A DNA stretch of 64,000 nucleotides. It comes from Nitrospirota bacterium. Its GTDB lineage: Bacteria; Nitrospirota; Thermodesulfovibrionia; Thermodesulfovibrionales; JdFR-86. Positions within the stretch are counted from its first letter, which is position 1, and each line of letters opens with the position of its first letter. The notes under the pieces were generated by a model, which had not been told where the DNA came from, searched no databases, and saw only the letters and a program-made list of their open reading frames with translations. Below, one piece after another: positions 41,915 to 51,424 of this stretch. Position numbers and translations under genes: made by a program. The stretch spans positions 992,001 through 1,056,000 of the forward strand of contig CAVRJY010000001.1 in the NCBI GenBank assembly GCA_963721805.1. The letters run 5' to 3'.

Positions 41915-43216
41915 GTGATATTCGATTTCATCATCAAGAAGCTGTTCAGGCCGCAGGCCGAGACAGCGGTGCAATGGCCGATCAAGGCCCGGACGTGGGC
42001 CGTGGGCGGCGGCAAGGGCGGAGTAGGCAAGAGCTTCATCTCATCCGCGATGGCATGCGCCCTGGCGCAGGGCGGCAAGCGCGTGATCCTGGTCGACGCC
42101 GACCTCGGCGGGGCGAACCTGCATACGATGTTCGGCATCAAGCTCCCGGAGCGCACCTTAAACGACTTCCTGCTTAAAAAGTACAAGACCATGCCCGAGA
42201 TCATGCTCCCGACCCTGATCCCCACCCTGAGCCTGATCTGCGGCGCCTCTGACATGCTCGAACTCTCAAACCCCGGCTACGCGCAGCGCAAGCGGCTCAT
42301 AAGGGGGCTTGCGGAGCTACAGGCTGATTTCGTGATAATCGACGTGGGCGCGGGATCGAGCTACCAGAACCTCGACTTCTTCAACGCGGCCGAGGTCGGC
42401 ATCATCGTGGCCTGCCCCACGCCCACTGCCATACAAAACGCATACAGCTTCCTGAAGATGGCCCTGCACCGCAGGATCACCGGCGTCCTGCCGCCGGACC
42501 AGGCGGTAAGGGCCAGCGCCACCGCCCTGCTCGAAGGCGACGGCCGCGTGCGCGACATCGACAGCTTCATCGAGGCCATGCGCGGCGTCGACGCCAAGAC
42601 CGCCGCGCGCATAAGCGAGGCGATGTCGGCGAGCCATTACCGCCTTATCGTGAACATGGCGTCGGGCGAGGAGGGCGGGAAGATCGCAGGGGCTATGGCC
42701 GCTACGGCTTACAAGCACCTGAGCGTCAAGCTCCCGTGCCTCGGCATGATAGAGAAAAGCCCGGAGATCGACGCCTCGATCCGCAAGATGGAGCCGCTGA
42801 TGGTCGGCGTGCGCAAGGGCGGCGCGGTCGCGGACGCGATCAGGCGCGTGACCGAAAACGCCCTGAAGGGCAAGGCCACCCTGACCCTGGGCGGCGACGG
42901 CGAAAAGAAACACGTCACTATCAGGTCCTCGGGGGCATCCAATAACCAAAGCGGCCTCAACGAGGACGTGGTGCACGACGGCCTGACGCTCCATGTCCAG
43001 ACCGAGGACCTCGGGGCGCAGCTTTGCAGGATACAGACGCTCGTCTACTCCGGCGGACGGATAGTGTTTTCGAAGTCCACCGACTACGGCGAGATCCCGG
43101 AGGAGGGCGATCCCGGCAAGGCCGTGATGGAAAAGCTGCTCTGGCAGCATTCGGCCATCATAGCCGGGATCAGGGCCGGGAAGCTCAAGAGCCGCATGGA
43201 CCGGCTGGAGGCATAA
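41915..43216 (+). CDS. FlhG/FleN/MinD-family ATPase with C-terminal extension
   Basis: GGKGGVGKS, DADLGGANLH, IIDVGAG. Confidence 0.85.
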   Translation: MIFDFIIKKLFRPQAETAVQWPIKARTWAVGGGKGGVGKSFISSAMACALAQGGKRVILVDADLGGANLHTMFGIKLPERTLNDFLLKKYKTMPEIMLPTLIPTLSLICGASDMLELSNPGYAQRKRLIRGLAELQADFVIIDVGAGSSYQNLDFFNAAEVGIIVACPTPTAIQNAYSFLKMALHRRITGVLPPDQAVRASATALLEGDGRVRDIDSFIEAMRGVDAKTAARISEAMSASHYRLIVNMASGEEGGKIAGAMAATAYKHLSVKLPCLGMIEKSPEIDASIRKMEPLMVGVRKGGAVADAIRRVTENALKGKATLTLGGDGEKKHVTIRSSGASNNQSGLNEDVVHDGLTLHVQTEDLGAQLCRIQTLVYSGGRIVFSKSTDYGEIPEEGDPGKAVMEKLLWQHSAIIAGIRAGKLKSRMDRLEA

Positions 43217-43246
43217 AAGAAAAGGGCCGGGCTTCCGCCCGGCCCT
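43215..43246 (-). terminator. Intrinsic terminator downstream of dsbC
   Basis: AGGGCCGGGC-TTCC-GCCCGGCCCT stem with a T-run on the minus strand. Confidence 0.75.
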
Positions 43247-43276
43247 CCGAATGGCCCATCCGCTGGTGCGCGTTTA

Positions 43277-44044
43277 TTACTTAGCCGCTGTGGCCTGGGA
43301 TATGATGTCCTGGGCGGTCATGCCGCTGCCGCGCTTGCCGTTCGGAAATATGAGCGTCGGGGTGCCCTGCACGCCGAGTTTTTCGCCGAGGGCGAGGTTG
43401 TCGTCAATGACCTTCGTATCGCACGACGGCTGCGGGATGCTCTTTTTGGCGAAGGCGTCCTCGAGCATCCTCAGGGCCTTGGCCTTGTCCCTCTCGCAGG
43501 CGATGGCCTTGGACTTCCTGTAAGAATCCGGGTGTATGCTCTTAAGCGGGAAGAGCTTTATGAAAAACGCGATGTCCTTGCGCTCCTTCACGACCTTGTC
43601 GAGCTCGGCCTGGAGCCTGACGCAGTAAGGGCAGTCGGGGTCGCTGAACACTATCACCTTGTACCTGGCCTTCGGGTCGCCCACGACTACCGCGTCGGCG
43701 AGGGGGATCTCGGAGGTGTTGACTTTGGTGATCTCCTCGAAGCGCTCCTTGGTGATGTTCTTCTTGGTGGCGACGTCCAGGAGCGAGCCCATGATGATGT
43801 ATTTGCCTTCCCTGTCGATATACAGGATGCCGGTCTGGCCGTTGCTCTTGATGTCCACCTCATAAAGACCGATAGGCGCGGGGTGAAACCCCAGGATAGT
43901 CGCGTCGGGCGCCAAGGTCCTTATCACCTTGAGCGCTTTTTCCCTGGTCATCTCGGCCGAGGCGCTCCCGCACGACATGAACGAGAAGGCGAGAAGCAGG
44001 GCCGAGGCCATAAGCGGAAGCATAAACCTTGACGATATGCGCAT
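43277..44044 (-). CDS. dsbC: DsbC-family disulfide isomerase
   Basis: Signal peptide, dimerisation domain, FSDPDCPYC, GVQGTP. Confidence 0.88.
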   Translation of the reverse strand: MRISSRFMLPLMASALLLAFSFMSCGSASAEMTREKALKVIRTLAPDATILGFHPAPIGLYEVDIKSNGQTGILYIDREGKYIIMGSLLDVATKKNITKERFEEITKVNTSEIPLADAVVVGDPKARYKVIVFSDPDCPYCVRLQAELDKVVKERKDIAFFIKLFPLKSIHPDSYRKSKAIACERDKAKALRMLEDAFAKKSIPQPSCDTKVIDDNLALGEKLGVQGTPTLIFPNGKRGSGMTAQDIISQATAAK

Positions 44045-44207
44045 TTATTCTCCTTTTTTTAAGGCGTAGTAACCGTATAATAATCCTAATTCCCGGCCGA
44101 ACGCAACTGCCGCCCGCCAATTGCGGCAACGGCCGGCCCGACGCCCGTATGCGGCCTCAGCGAGCGCGATTTGGCATAAAATTCCGGAAAGTTATATAAT
44201 AATACTT

Positions 44208-44504
44208 ATGGAACGTGTGATTTGCCAGCGGTTTTGCGCCTTTTATAAGGCGGAAAAAGAGGGGATGAAGTGCGGCACTGTCGAATTCCTCGAGCGCAAC
44301 CTCACGAAGGCCGAGATCGAGTCCTCGGCCGGGCAGGCGCGGCCCCTGCGCGGCGCCTCAGCGCATGACGATGACATCAGGCGCATCGTCTGCGAGAGCG
44401 TTTGCGAGTTCCTCAAGACCGACGACTGTGACTTCAGGCTTGGCCTGGATTCGCCCCCCTGCGGCGGCTACTCGGTAGTGGCTTCGCTCCTCGAAGTGAA
44501 ATAG
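44208..44504 (+). CDS. Small Cys-rich hypothetical protein
   Basis: CQRFC, C, CESVC, C, PPCGG. Confidence 0.7.
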   Translation: MERVICQRFCAFYKAEKEGMKCGTVEFLERNLTKAEIESSAGQARPLRGASAHDDDIRRIVCESVCEFLKTDDCDFRLGLDSPPCGGYSVVASLLEVK

Positions 44505-44551
44505 CTTTATTTTCGCCTTCCTCTTGTCTTAAAAATATGTTATCTTTTCCG

Positions 44552-45301
44552 ATGGACATCGGGGCGCGCTTCTCCGGTATATTCCAAAACCTCATCGATG
44601 ACATCTATAGCGAACCGGTTATGAGGGCCATCGACGAGGGGTTAGTGCGCATCGCGTCGGGCACCGGCTATAGGGGGGTGGCGGATGCCCTCAGAGCGCT
44701 CGAGGCGGCTGAGGCGGGGGCGCGGGAGCTGGCGCTTTTGGAGCTGTATGTCCAGCTGCATTCCGCGGGCTCAGAGTATTCCCAGCCGGAGTATGACGGC
44801 CTCCGGGCCGCGGCCGGGATCGGAAACCTCCCCGGCGGGCTCGCCCCGCTCGTGATCGCCTCGGAGCTGATCGGCCCGGCGAGCACCGTCGCTGACCTCG
44901 GGGCCGGAAACGGCCTGCAAGGCCTGCTCATGCAGCATATCGCCCCGCATGCCCTGACGATACAGGTCGAGCTCTCCGGCCGCATGATCGAGGCCGGCAG
45001 GGCTATGCAGCGCGCGCTCGGCGTCAAGGACGGCCGGATAAGGTGGGTACACGGGGACCTGGCCGTCTCTTACGTTGAGGAAGATGCGGATTTGATTTAT
45101 CTATACCGCCCGGTGAAGCCCCACGGGTGCGGAAACGCGATCTATGCCGCGCTCGCCAAGCGCATATGCCGGTCCCGGAAGGTGCGTCATATCATCAGCC
45201 TCGCCGACTGCCTTGGCCGCCATCTCGCCGGAGGGCCCTTTGGCGTGGCCTTCAGCAACGAGTACCTGACGGTCTTTGAGAGGCGTCAGTCCCCGTGGTG
45301 A
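44552..45301 (+). CDS. Class I SAM-dependent methyltransferase-like
   Basis: VADLGAGNG, QVELS, HGD. Confidence 0.7.
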   Translation: MDIGARFSGIFQNLIDDIYSEPVMRAIDEGLVRIASGTGYRGVADALRALEAAEAGARELALLELYVQLHSAGSEYSQPEYDGLRAAAGIGNLPGGLAPLVIASELIGPASTVADLGAGNGLQGLLMQHIAPHALTIQVELSGRMIEAGRAMQRALGVKDGRIRWVHGDLAVSYVEEDADLIYLYRPVKPHGCGNAIYAALAKRICRSRKVRHIISLADCLGRHLAGGPFGVAFSNEYLTVFERRQSPW

Positions 45302-45525
45302 TGATGGTGCCCGGTGCCCTCGGCTGGCCCGGCTGCCTCGATCGCACGCTTAAACAGCTCGTCGAGCATCGAGGACTCAAGCGCGACCTCTTTTAGAATC
45401 TGCGCGAGGTCGTCCCTGCCCATGGTCTCTGCCCTGCCCGCCCATTCGGCGTAGCTCTTTACGTGGCCCTCGTTGTGCTCGAGCCAGTGCTCGAGCTGGT
45501 AGCGTAGTTTTTCGATATCGTCCAT
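45286..45525 (-). CDS. Small His-rich putative metal-binding protein
   Basis: HWLEHNEGH motif and C-terminal HHHHH. Confidence 0.75.
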   Translation of the reverse strand: MDDIEKLRYQLEHWLEHNEGHVKSYAEWAGRAETMGRDDLAQILKEVALESSMLDELFKRAIEAAGPAEGTGHHHHHGD

Positions 45526-45585
45526 AATCTCAGGCTTTCTCCTTGTCGCCCGTGCGCCGGGTTTCCCTTTAGGTTAAAATTACGG

Positions 45586-46359
45586 ATGCGAAATATCAAG
45601 CTGATTCTCGCGTATGACGGCACGGGGTTCGAGGGCTGGCAGCGCCAGCTCAGCGGCCGCACGGTGCAGGGGGTGGTCGAAGACGCGGTCGTGAGGCTCA
45701 CCGGCGCGCATTCGGACGTCCACTCGGCCGGCCGCACCGACGCCGGTGTGCATGCGCTGGGGCAGGTCGCGGCCTTCAGAACCGCATCCGCGCTCCCGGC
45801 CGGCACCGTCATGCGCGCCCTCAACGCGATGCTCCCGCCCGACGTGCGGGTGCTCGGCGCGCAGGACGCACCCGATGGGTTCCATCCCCGCTACGCCGCG
45901 CACTCCAAGCGCTACCGCTATCTCATACACATAAGCGCATGCCCCTCGCCGTTCGCCGCGCGGTATGTCTGGTGGCTGCCACATGCGCTCGATCTCAGCG
46001 CTATGCGCGAGGCGGCCCTCGAGCTTGTGGGCACGCACGACTTCAGGGCCTTCATGGCCTCGGGCTCCTCGGTCAAGACCACGGTGCGCACTATCACGGC
46101 CCTGACGATAGAAGAGGGCGGCGCGGTGCCGTTTCTCGGCATGGCGCTCGACGGGCGGCTTATAAGCATAACCGCAGAGGCCGACGGCTTCCTCAGGCAC
46201 ATGGTGCGCAACATCGCAGGGACGCTGGTCGAGGCAGGGAGCGGCAAGTGCCCGGCCGCGCAGATGCGCCGCATACTGCAATCGTGCGACCGGGGGCTCG
46301 CCGGGCCGACCGCACCCGGCCGCGGCCTGTTTATGGAGCAAGTTTATTATCCTGATTAG
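45586..46359 (+). CDS. truA: tRNA pseudouridine(38-40) synthase
   Basis: YDGTGFEGWQ, AGRTDAGVHA, FLRHMVR. Confidence 0.96.
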   Translation: MRNIKLILAYDGTGFEGWQRQLSGRTVQGVVEDAVVRLTGAHSDVHSAGRTDAGVHALGQVAAFRTASALPAGTVMRALNAMLPPDVRVLGAQDAPDGFHPRYAAHSKRYRYLIHISACPSPFAARYVWWLPHALDLSAMREAALELVGTHDFRAFMASGSSVKTTVRTITALTIEEGGAVPFLGMALDGRLISITAEADGFLRHMVRNIAGTLVEAGSGKCPAAQMRRILQSCDRGLAGPTAPGRGLFMEQVYYPD

Positions 46360-46496
46360 TTGCCGCCTAGGATTTTGTCCTATATAATCCGTTATGAGGC
46401 CAAGACCGGTTATTGCGCCGATTCCGCTTAAGCGGGCTTTGCTGGTACGCGCCATGCCGGCGATATGTGTTATCATACGCGTTAATACTCATTTAC

Positions 46497-46580
46497 GGGA
46501 TCGGTTGTTAGTACGCGGCGCATCCTCGATGGATTATCAGTCTGCATGCTTGACCAAGCCAAAGCGCTACGATACGACCC
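46497..46580 (+). promoter_or_regulatory. Candidate structured 5' UTR upstream of slyD-deaD
   Basis: Nested pairings GGG-TCG/CGA-CCC, GTTGTTAG/CTACGAT, CGC/GCG, GGC/GCC, GCAT/ATGC ending just before AAGGAGGT. Confidence 0.45.
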
Positions 46581-46604
46581 CATCAAACAAGGAGGTTAGC
46601 AACA

Positions 46605-47183
46605 TTGGCCAGACGCGGCGCGTTTAAGAGTGAGAAGCGAAGGAAAGAGATCGACCGCCTCAAGAAGCAGGAAGAGAAGCGGCAGAAGCGCTTTACGGCG
46701 GCACAGGCTGCCGTAAACGGCCAGCCCCCGGCCGCGGGCGAGGCCGCGGCCCCCAGGAGGGCCCAGAAGGGCGACTCGGTGAAGGTCCACTATACCGGCA
46801 CCCTCGACGACGGCACGGTGTTCGACTCCTCGCGTCCGCGCGGCGAGACTCTGGATTTCACGGTCGGAAGCGCGCAGCTTATTAAAGGCTTCAGCGACGC
46901 CGTAACCGGTATGGCCGCAGGCGAGACCAAGACCGTAAAGATGCCCTGGGCCGACGCTTATGGAGAGCGGCGCGAGGACATGGTGATGCGCGTGCCGCGG
47001 AAGGACTTTCCGGGCGCTATCGAGCCCGTAATAGGCATGCCGCTTAACGTGCGCCACCCAAGCGGAGGCGTCCTGGAAGTCGTCGTAACCGAGATAAGCG
47101 ATACGGTCGTCGTGCTGGACGCAAACCACCCGCTTGCGGGTAAGGACCTCACGTTCGAGATAGAACTCGTCGCGATAGCCTAA
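46605..47183 (+). CDS. slyD: SlyD-type FKBP PPIase with a basic N-terminal extension
   Basis: VKVHYTGTLDDGTVFDSS, AYGE, DANHPLAGKDLTF. Confidence 0.9.
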   Translation: MARRGAFKSEKRRKEIDRLKKQEEKRQKRFTAAQAAVNGQPPAAGEAAAPRRAQKGDSVKVHYTGTLDDGTVFDSSRPRGETLDFTVGSAQLIKGFSDAVTGMAAGETKTVKMPWADAYGERREDMVMRVPRKDFPGAIEPVIGMPLNVRHPSGGVLEVVVTEISDTVVVLDANHPLAGKDLTFEIELVAIA

Positions 47184-47208
47184 ATAACGGAAGTGCATAT
47201 GGAGGTCG

Positions 47209-48816
47209 ATGGATTTGACGTATAAGAGTTTTTACGATTTTGGCATCTCGGACAAGGTGCTTGTGGCCCTCTCCGAGATGGGCTTCGAAGAGCCCACCCC
47301 GATTCAGAAGATGACAATCCCCCCGGTGCTCAAGGGCCGCGACGTGATAGGCCAGGCCCAGACCGGCACCGGCAAGACCGCCGCGTTCGGCATCCCGATA
47401 GTCGAGATGCGCGAGGAGGCCTCCAACAGCCGGTCGCCCTATGCGCTCGTGCTGGCCCCTACGAGGGAACTCGCTGTGCAGGTTGCGGAGGAGATAAGCA
47501 AGATAGGCGCGAAGGTCGGCGTCGTGCCTGTGCCGATATACGGCGGGCAGTCGATCGAGCTTCAGATCAAGAGGCTCAAAAAAGGCACTGACGTAGTAGT
47601 CGGCACCCCCGGACGGATGCTCGACCACCTCGAGAGAAGGACGCTGGACCTGAGCCGCGTGCGCATGGTCGTCCTGGACGAGGCCGACGAGATGCTCAAT
47701 ATGGGGTTTATCGAGGACATCACGAAGATCCTCGACAAGGTGCCCGCGGAGCGGCAGACGATGCTGTTTTCGGCCACCATGCCGCCCGCTATCATGCGCA
47801 TCGGCAAGCGCTACATGAAGGACGCCGAGCATATCGCGGTGGCCGCAAGCGACATGGTCGTCTCGAAGATCAAGCAGATTTATTACGAGATGCGCGAAGA
47901 GGACAAGGTCAACGCCCTTACCAGGCTTCTCGACGTCGAGGGCCCCTCGCTGACTCTCGTGTTCTGCCACACCAAACGCGAGGTCGATGACGTCGCCGGC
48001 AAGCTCCAGCGGATGGGATACCCCGCCGGTGCGATACACGGCGACTTCACCCAGAGCCACCGCGACGAGATGATGCGCAAGTTCAAGGGCGGCGACCTCG
48101 ACGTGCTCGTGGCCACGGACGTGGCCGCGCGCGGCCTCGACATCCCGGATGTCTCGCACGTCATAAACTTCAGCATACCGCAGGACCCGGAGGGCTACGT
48201 CCACCGCGTCGGGCGCACCGGCCGCGCCGGAAAGACCGGCATAGCGATCACGTTCGTCACGCCGAGGCAGTACCGCCAGCTGCGCATCATCGAGCAGTCG
48301 GCCAAGACCCGCATCAAGAAGGAACAGCTCCCTACTCTCGCGCAGGTCAAGCGCGCGCGCGAGGAGGACCTGATGGGGAGCGTTGAGGAGATCATAGGAG
48401 AGGGCGTCAAGGAGAGTTTCGTCCTCCTGGCCCGCGACCTCATGGAGAGGTTCCCGCCCGAGGAGGTCTGCGCCGCGGCGCTCTCGATCCTCTGGGGCGA
48501 GGACGAGGTGCAGGAGATAGTCGAGCAGTCGGCCTCGAAGCCGTCATACTCCGGCGGCCGCAAGGGCGACATCGTGCGCCTGTTCATGACCGTCGGCAAG
48601 AAGGACAACATCAAGGTCGGAGACATAGTGAAGTCCATCTCGGCCGAGGCCGGCATACCCGGCCGCCTGATCGGCAACATCGCTATGCTCGACAGCTACA
48701 GCTTCGTCGAGGTCCCGGCCAACCTGGCCGACAAGGTCGTGCTAGCCGTTAACGACAGCATACTGAAGGGCAAGAAGGTCCGCATCCAGCCCGCGAACGA
48801 GAAACAGCGGAAGTAG
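47209..48816 (+). CDS. deaD: DEAD-box RNA helicase with DbpA-type C-terminal domain
   Basis: Q motif, AQTGTGKT, PTREL, DEAD, SAT, HRVGRTGR. Confidence 0.92.
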   Translation: MDLTYKSFYDFGISDKVLVALSEMGFEEPTPIQKMTIPPVLKGRDVIGQAQTGTGKTAAFGIPIVEMREEASNSRSPYALVLAPTRELAVQVAEEISKIGAKVGVVPVPIYGGQSIELQIKRLKKGTDVVVGTPGRMLDHLERRTLDLSRVRMVVLDEADEMLNMGFIEDITKILDKVPAERQTMLFSATMPPAIMRIGKRYMKDAEHIAVAASDMVVSKIKQIYYEMREEDKVNALTRLLDVEGPSLTLVFCHTKREVDDVAGKLQRMGYPAGAIHGDFTQSHRDEMMRKFKGGDLDVLVATDVAARGLDIPDVSHVINFSIPQDPEGYVHRVGRTGRAGKTGIAITFVTPRQYRQLRIIEQSAKTRIKKEQLPTLAQVKRAREEDLMGSVEEIIGEGVKESFVLLARDLMERFPPEEVCAAALSILWGEDEVQEIVEQSASKPSYSGGRKGDIVRLFMTVGKKDNIKVGDIVKSISAEAGIPGRLIGNIAMLDSYSFVEVPANLADKVVLAVNDSILKGKKVRIQPANEKQRK

Positions 48817-48833
48817 CTATACGCTGATAAGAT

Positions 48834-48871
48834 AAAAAAAGCCCGTCGCCTCGGTTGGCGACGGGCTTTTT
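48834..48871. terminator. Bidirectional intrinsic terminator
   Basis: A7-GCCCGTCGCC-N6-GGCGACGGGC-T5. Confidence 0.9.
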
Positions 48872-48886
48872 GCATCCGCCCGATGT

Positions 48887-49912
48887 TTAATCCACGTAGC
48901 CGGTAACGGTATCTCCGAGGTGCACCGGCATGAAGCTGTCGGTAATGATCGAGAGCGCGGTCGTGCCGCGCACGTTTATGATCTGGATAGTTGCGTTGCG
49001 TTTGTTGGTGGTGCCCGGCTCGAGCACCTCGTACACGTCGCCGACCTTCACGCCGTCGTTATCGCCTTTGTCGATGAAGGCTATCTCCTCCGTGCCGTTT
49101 GTGTTGCGCATGTCGTCGGTGGCGATTACGCGCGCCCCGCTTAGCGCGGGCTTGTGCGGCTCGCCGGTGATGAACGGCGGCTCGACCTCGTAATACGTGT
49201 CAAGCGTGTCGCCAGTCTTTATGTCCCCGAACGACTCGACCACGCGCGCCTTGAGGTTATCGGTGCCGGCGTCCTCGAGCTGCACGGTGCCCATGACGCG
49301 GACGTACTGCCCGATAACAGGTGCGAACCAGACGCCGGGCTCGCGTACGGCCGTCACGTTGCGGATCACGAAGAACTTGTCTCCGGCCTCGGCCTTAGCG
49401 CGGGTCTTGACGAAGACCTCGTCGCCCTGGGCGAAATATTTGCGGTCGACCACGCTGCCCATCGTAGAGCCCATGACCTCGCCCTTGTCAGGAACATCGC
49501 GCGTTATGTAACCGTATGACAGCAGCATCTCGCGCGAGGCCAGCGCCGGGATGCTGTGCGTCTCGACCGGCACGGCTGCGGGCTTCGCGGGCTGAGCCTT
49601 CTGTGCCTGCGCCGCCGCTTCCTTTTTGACCTCGTTCAGGGTCGTCGGCTCCTGCTTGAGCCAGCTCTTGGGGATCCTGACCTTCTGGCCCGGATAGATG
49701 AGGTCGGGGTTCTTGATCTGGTTGTTCAGCTCCCAGAGCTTCGGCCAGAGGAACGAGTCCTTGAGCTCGACGCCCGAGATGCCCCAGAGCGTGTCGCCCT
49801 TCTGGATCGTGTACTCGTTGTACTCATAATCCTCCGCAGATGCGATCCCGAATGCAGCCAGTAAGAGCGCCGCGGCTATCAGATAAGCTATAGGTTTAAT
49901 TTTCATTGCCAT
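48887..49912 (-). CDS. LysM-domain exported protein
   Basis: Signal peptide; YTIQKGDTLWGIS..NPDLIYPGQ. Confidence 0.88.
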   Translation of the reverse strand: MAMKIKPIAYLIAAALLLAAFGIASAEDYEYNEYTIQKGDTLWGISGVELKDSFLWPKLWELNNQIKNPDLIYPGQKVRIPKSWLKQEPTTLNEVKKEAAAQAQKAQPAKPAAVPVETHSIPALASREMLLSYGYITRDVPDKGEVMGSTMGSVVDRKYFAQGDEVFVKTRAKAEAGDKFFVIRNVTAVREPGVWFAPVIGQYVRVMGTVQLEDAGTDNLKARVVESFGDIKTGDTLDTYYEVEPPFITGEPHKPALSGARVIATDDMRNTNGTEEIAFIDKGDNDGVKVGDVYEVLEPGTTNKRNATIQIINVRGTTALSIITDSFMPVHLGDTVTGYVD

Positions 49913-50039
49913 CTCCTTGTTATATAAAGATATATTAGATTCAAAAAAGAGTCAAGCCTTTTGTGCGCGTGGCCGAAAAAACCTCCGGCCGGCGACGGTG
50001 CGCCGTTAACCCATTTGAAATGACAATCCCCCATTCATT

Positions 50040-50093
50040 ATGATAATCATGCTATTAATGATACTTACAATAATCATGATACTCATGATATAG
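50040..50093 (+). promoter_or_regulatory. 6 x 9-bp tandem array / uORF MIIMLLMILTIIMILMI upstream of hom
   Basis: ATGATAATC ATGCTATTA ATGATACTT ACAATAATC ATGATACTC ATGATATAG. Confidence 0.65.
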
Positions 50094-50118
50094 AAAACGT
50101 TTTTCGAGGAGGCGTGCC

Positions 50119-51417
50119 TTGGGCAAGGATGTGATTAACGTAGGCGTGATCGGGTTTGGCACGGTAGGGTCCGGCACGGTCAAGCTGCTGATCAACAATA
50201 AAGACGTCATCAGGGACCGCCTGGGCTTCGAGGTCAACCTCAAGACCGTCGCGGACAAGGATACCAAGACGGACCGCGGCATCAGGCTCCCCGAGGGCAT
50301 GCTGGTCGACAGCGCCGACGCGGTGCTGGGTGACCCGGACATCGACATAGTGGTCGAGCTCGTCGGCGGCTATACGTTTGCCAAAGACGTGATGCTCCGC
50401 GCCATACGCGCTGGCAAGAGCGTGGTCACGGCGAATAAGGCGCTGCTTGCGGTGCACGGAGCCGAGATATTTAAAGAGGCCGCCGCCAAGGGCGTGGACG
50501 TGGGGTTTGAGGCATCGGTGGCCGGCGGCATCCCAATCATCAAGGTTATCCGCGAGGGGCTGATCGCCAACCGCTTCCTCTCGGTCTTCGGGATCGTAAA
50601 CGGCACGACCAACTACATACTTACGAAGATGACCAGCGAGGGCTCGGATTTCAAGGACGTGCTCGGCGAGGCCCAGAGGCTCGGGTACGCCGAAGCGGAC
50701 CCCACGTTTGACATCGAGGGCGTGGACGCCGCGCACAAGCTCACGATACTGGGCACGCTCGCCTTCGGCTTGCCGCTTTCGTTTGACCAGGTATACAAAG
50801 AGGGCATCACGAAGATCACCGCGCTGGACATCGCATACGCCAAGGAGTTCGGGTACAAGATCAAGCTCCTGGCGGTCGCGAAGGCCGTCGACGGCGAGGT
50901 CGAGCTTAGAGTCAACCCAACGATGGTGCCGCAGGATTACCTGATCTCGAAGGTCGACGGCGTGTTCAACGCGGTATACGTCAAGGGCGACTTCGTCGGC
51001 GACACGATGTACTACGGACGCGGCGCGGGCGACCTGCCCACAGCGAGCGCCGTGGTGGCCGACATCGCCGAGATCGCGGCCTCGATACGCGGGGGTTACA
51101 GGCGCAGGCCGCTGTACGTCAGCCCCAACCCGCCGCGCATAAAGAAGATCGAGGAGATCAGCACAAAATACTTCCTCAGGTTCTCGGCGCTCGACAAGCC
51201 GGGCGTCCTGTCCAGGATCGCGGGCACCCTCGGGGCTCACAGCATAAGCATCGCCTCTATGATCCAGAAGGGCCGCAGCGACGGCGAGGCCGTCCCTGTG
51301 GTGATACTCACCCATATGGCCAGGGAGAAGGACGTCCGCGACGCGCTGGCCGAGATCGACGCGATGCCGGTGATCGCGGAGAAGACCTTGCTGCTGCGCG
51401 TCGAGGGAGACGAGTAG
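50119..51417 (+). CDS. hom: Homoserine dehydrogenase with ACT domain
   Basis: GFGTVG, VTANK, EASVAGGIP, NGTTNY, GYAEADP, DKPGVL. Confidence 0.97.
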   Translation: MGKDVINVGVIGFGTVGSGTVKLLINNKDVIRDRLGFEVNLKTVADKDTKTDRGIRLPEGMLVDSADAVLGDPDIDIVVELVGGYTFAKDVMLRAIRAGKSVVTANKALLAVHGAEIFKEAAAKGVDVGFEASVAGGIPIIKVIREGLIANRFLSVFGIVNGTTNYILTKMTSEGSDFKDVLGEAQRLGYAEADPTFDIEGVDAAHKLTILGTLAFGLPLSFDQVYKEGITKITALDIAYAKEFGYKIKLLAVAKAVDGEVELRVNPTMVPQDYLISKVDGVFNAVYVKGDFVGDTMYYGRGAGDLPTASAVVADIAEIAASIRGGYRRRPLYVSPNPPRIKKIEEISTKYFLRFSALDKPGVLSRIAGTLGAHSISIASMIQKGRSDGEAVPVVILTHMAREKDVRDALAEIDAMPVIAEKTLLLRVEGDE

Positions 51418-51424
51418 GGCGCGG

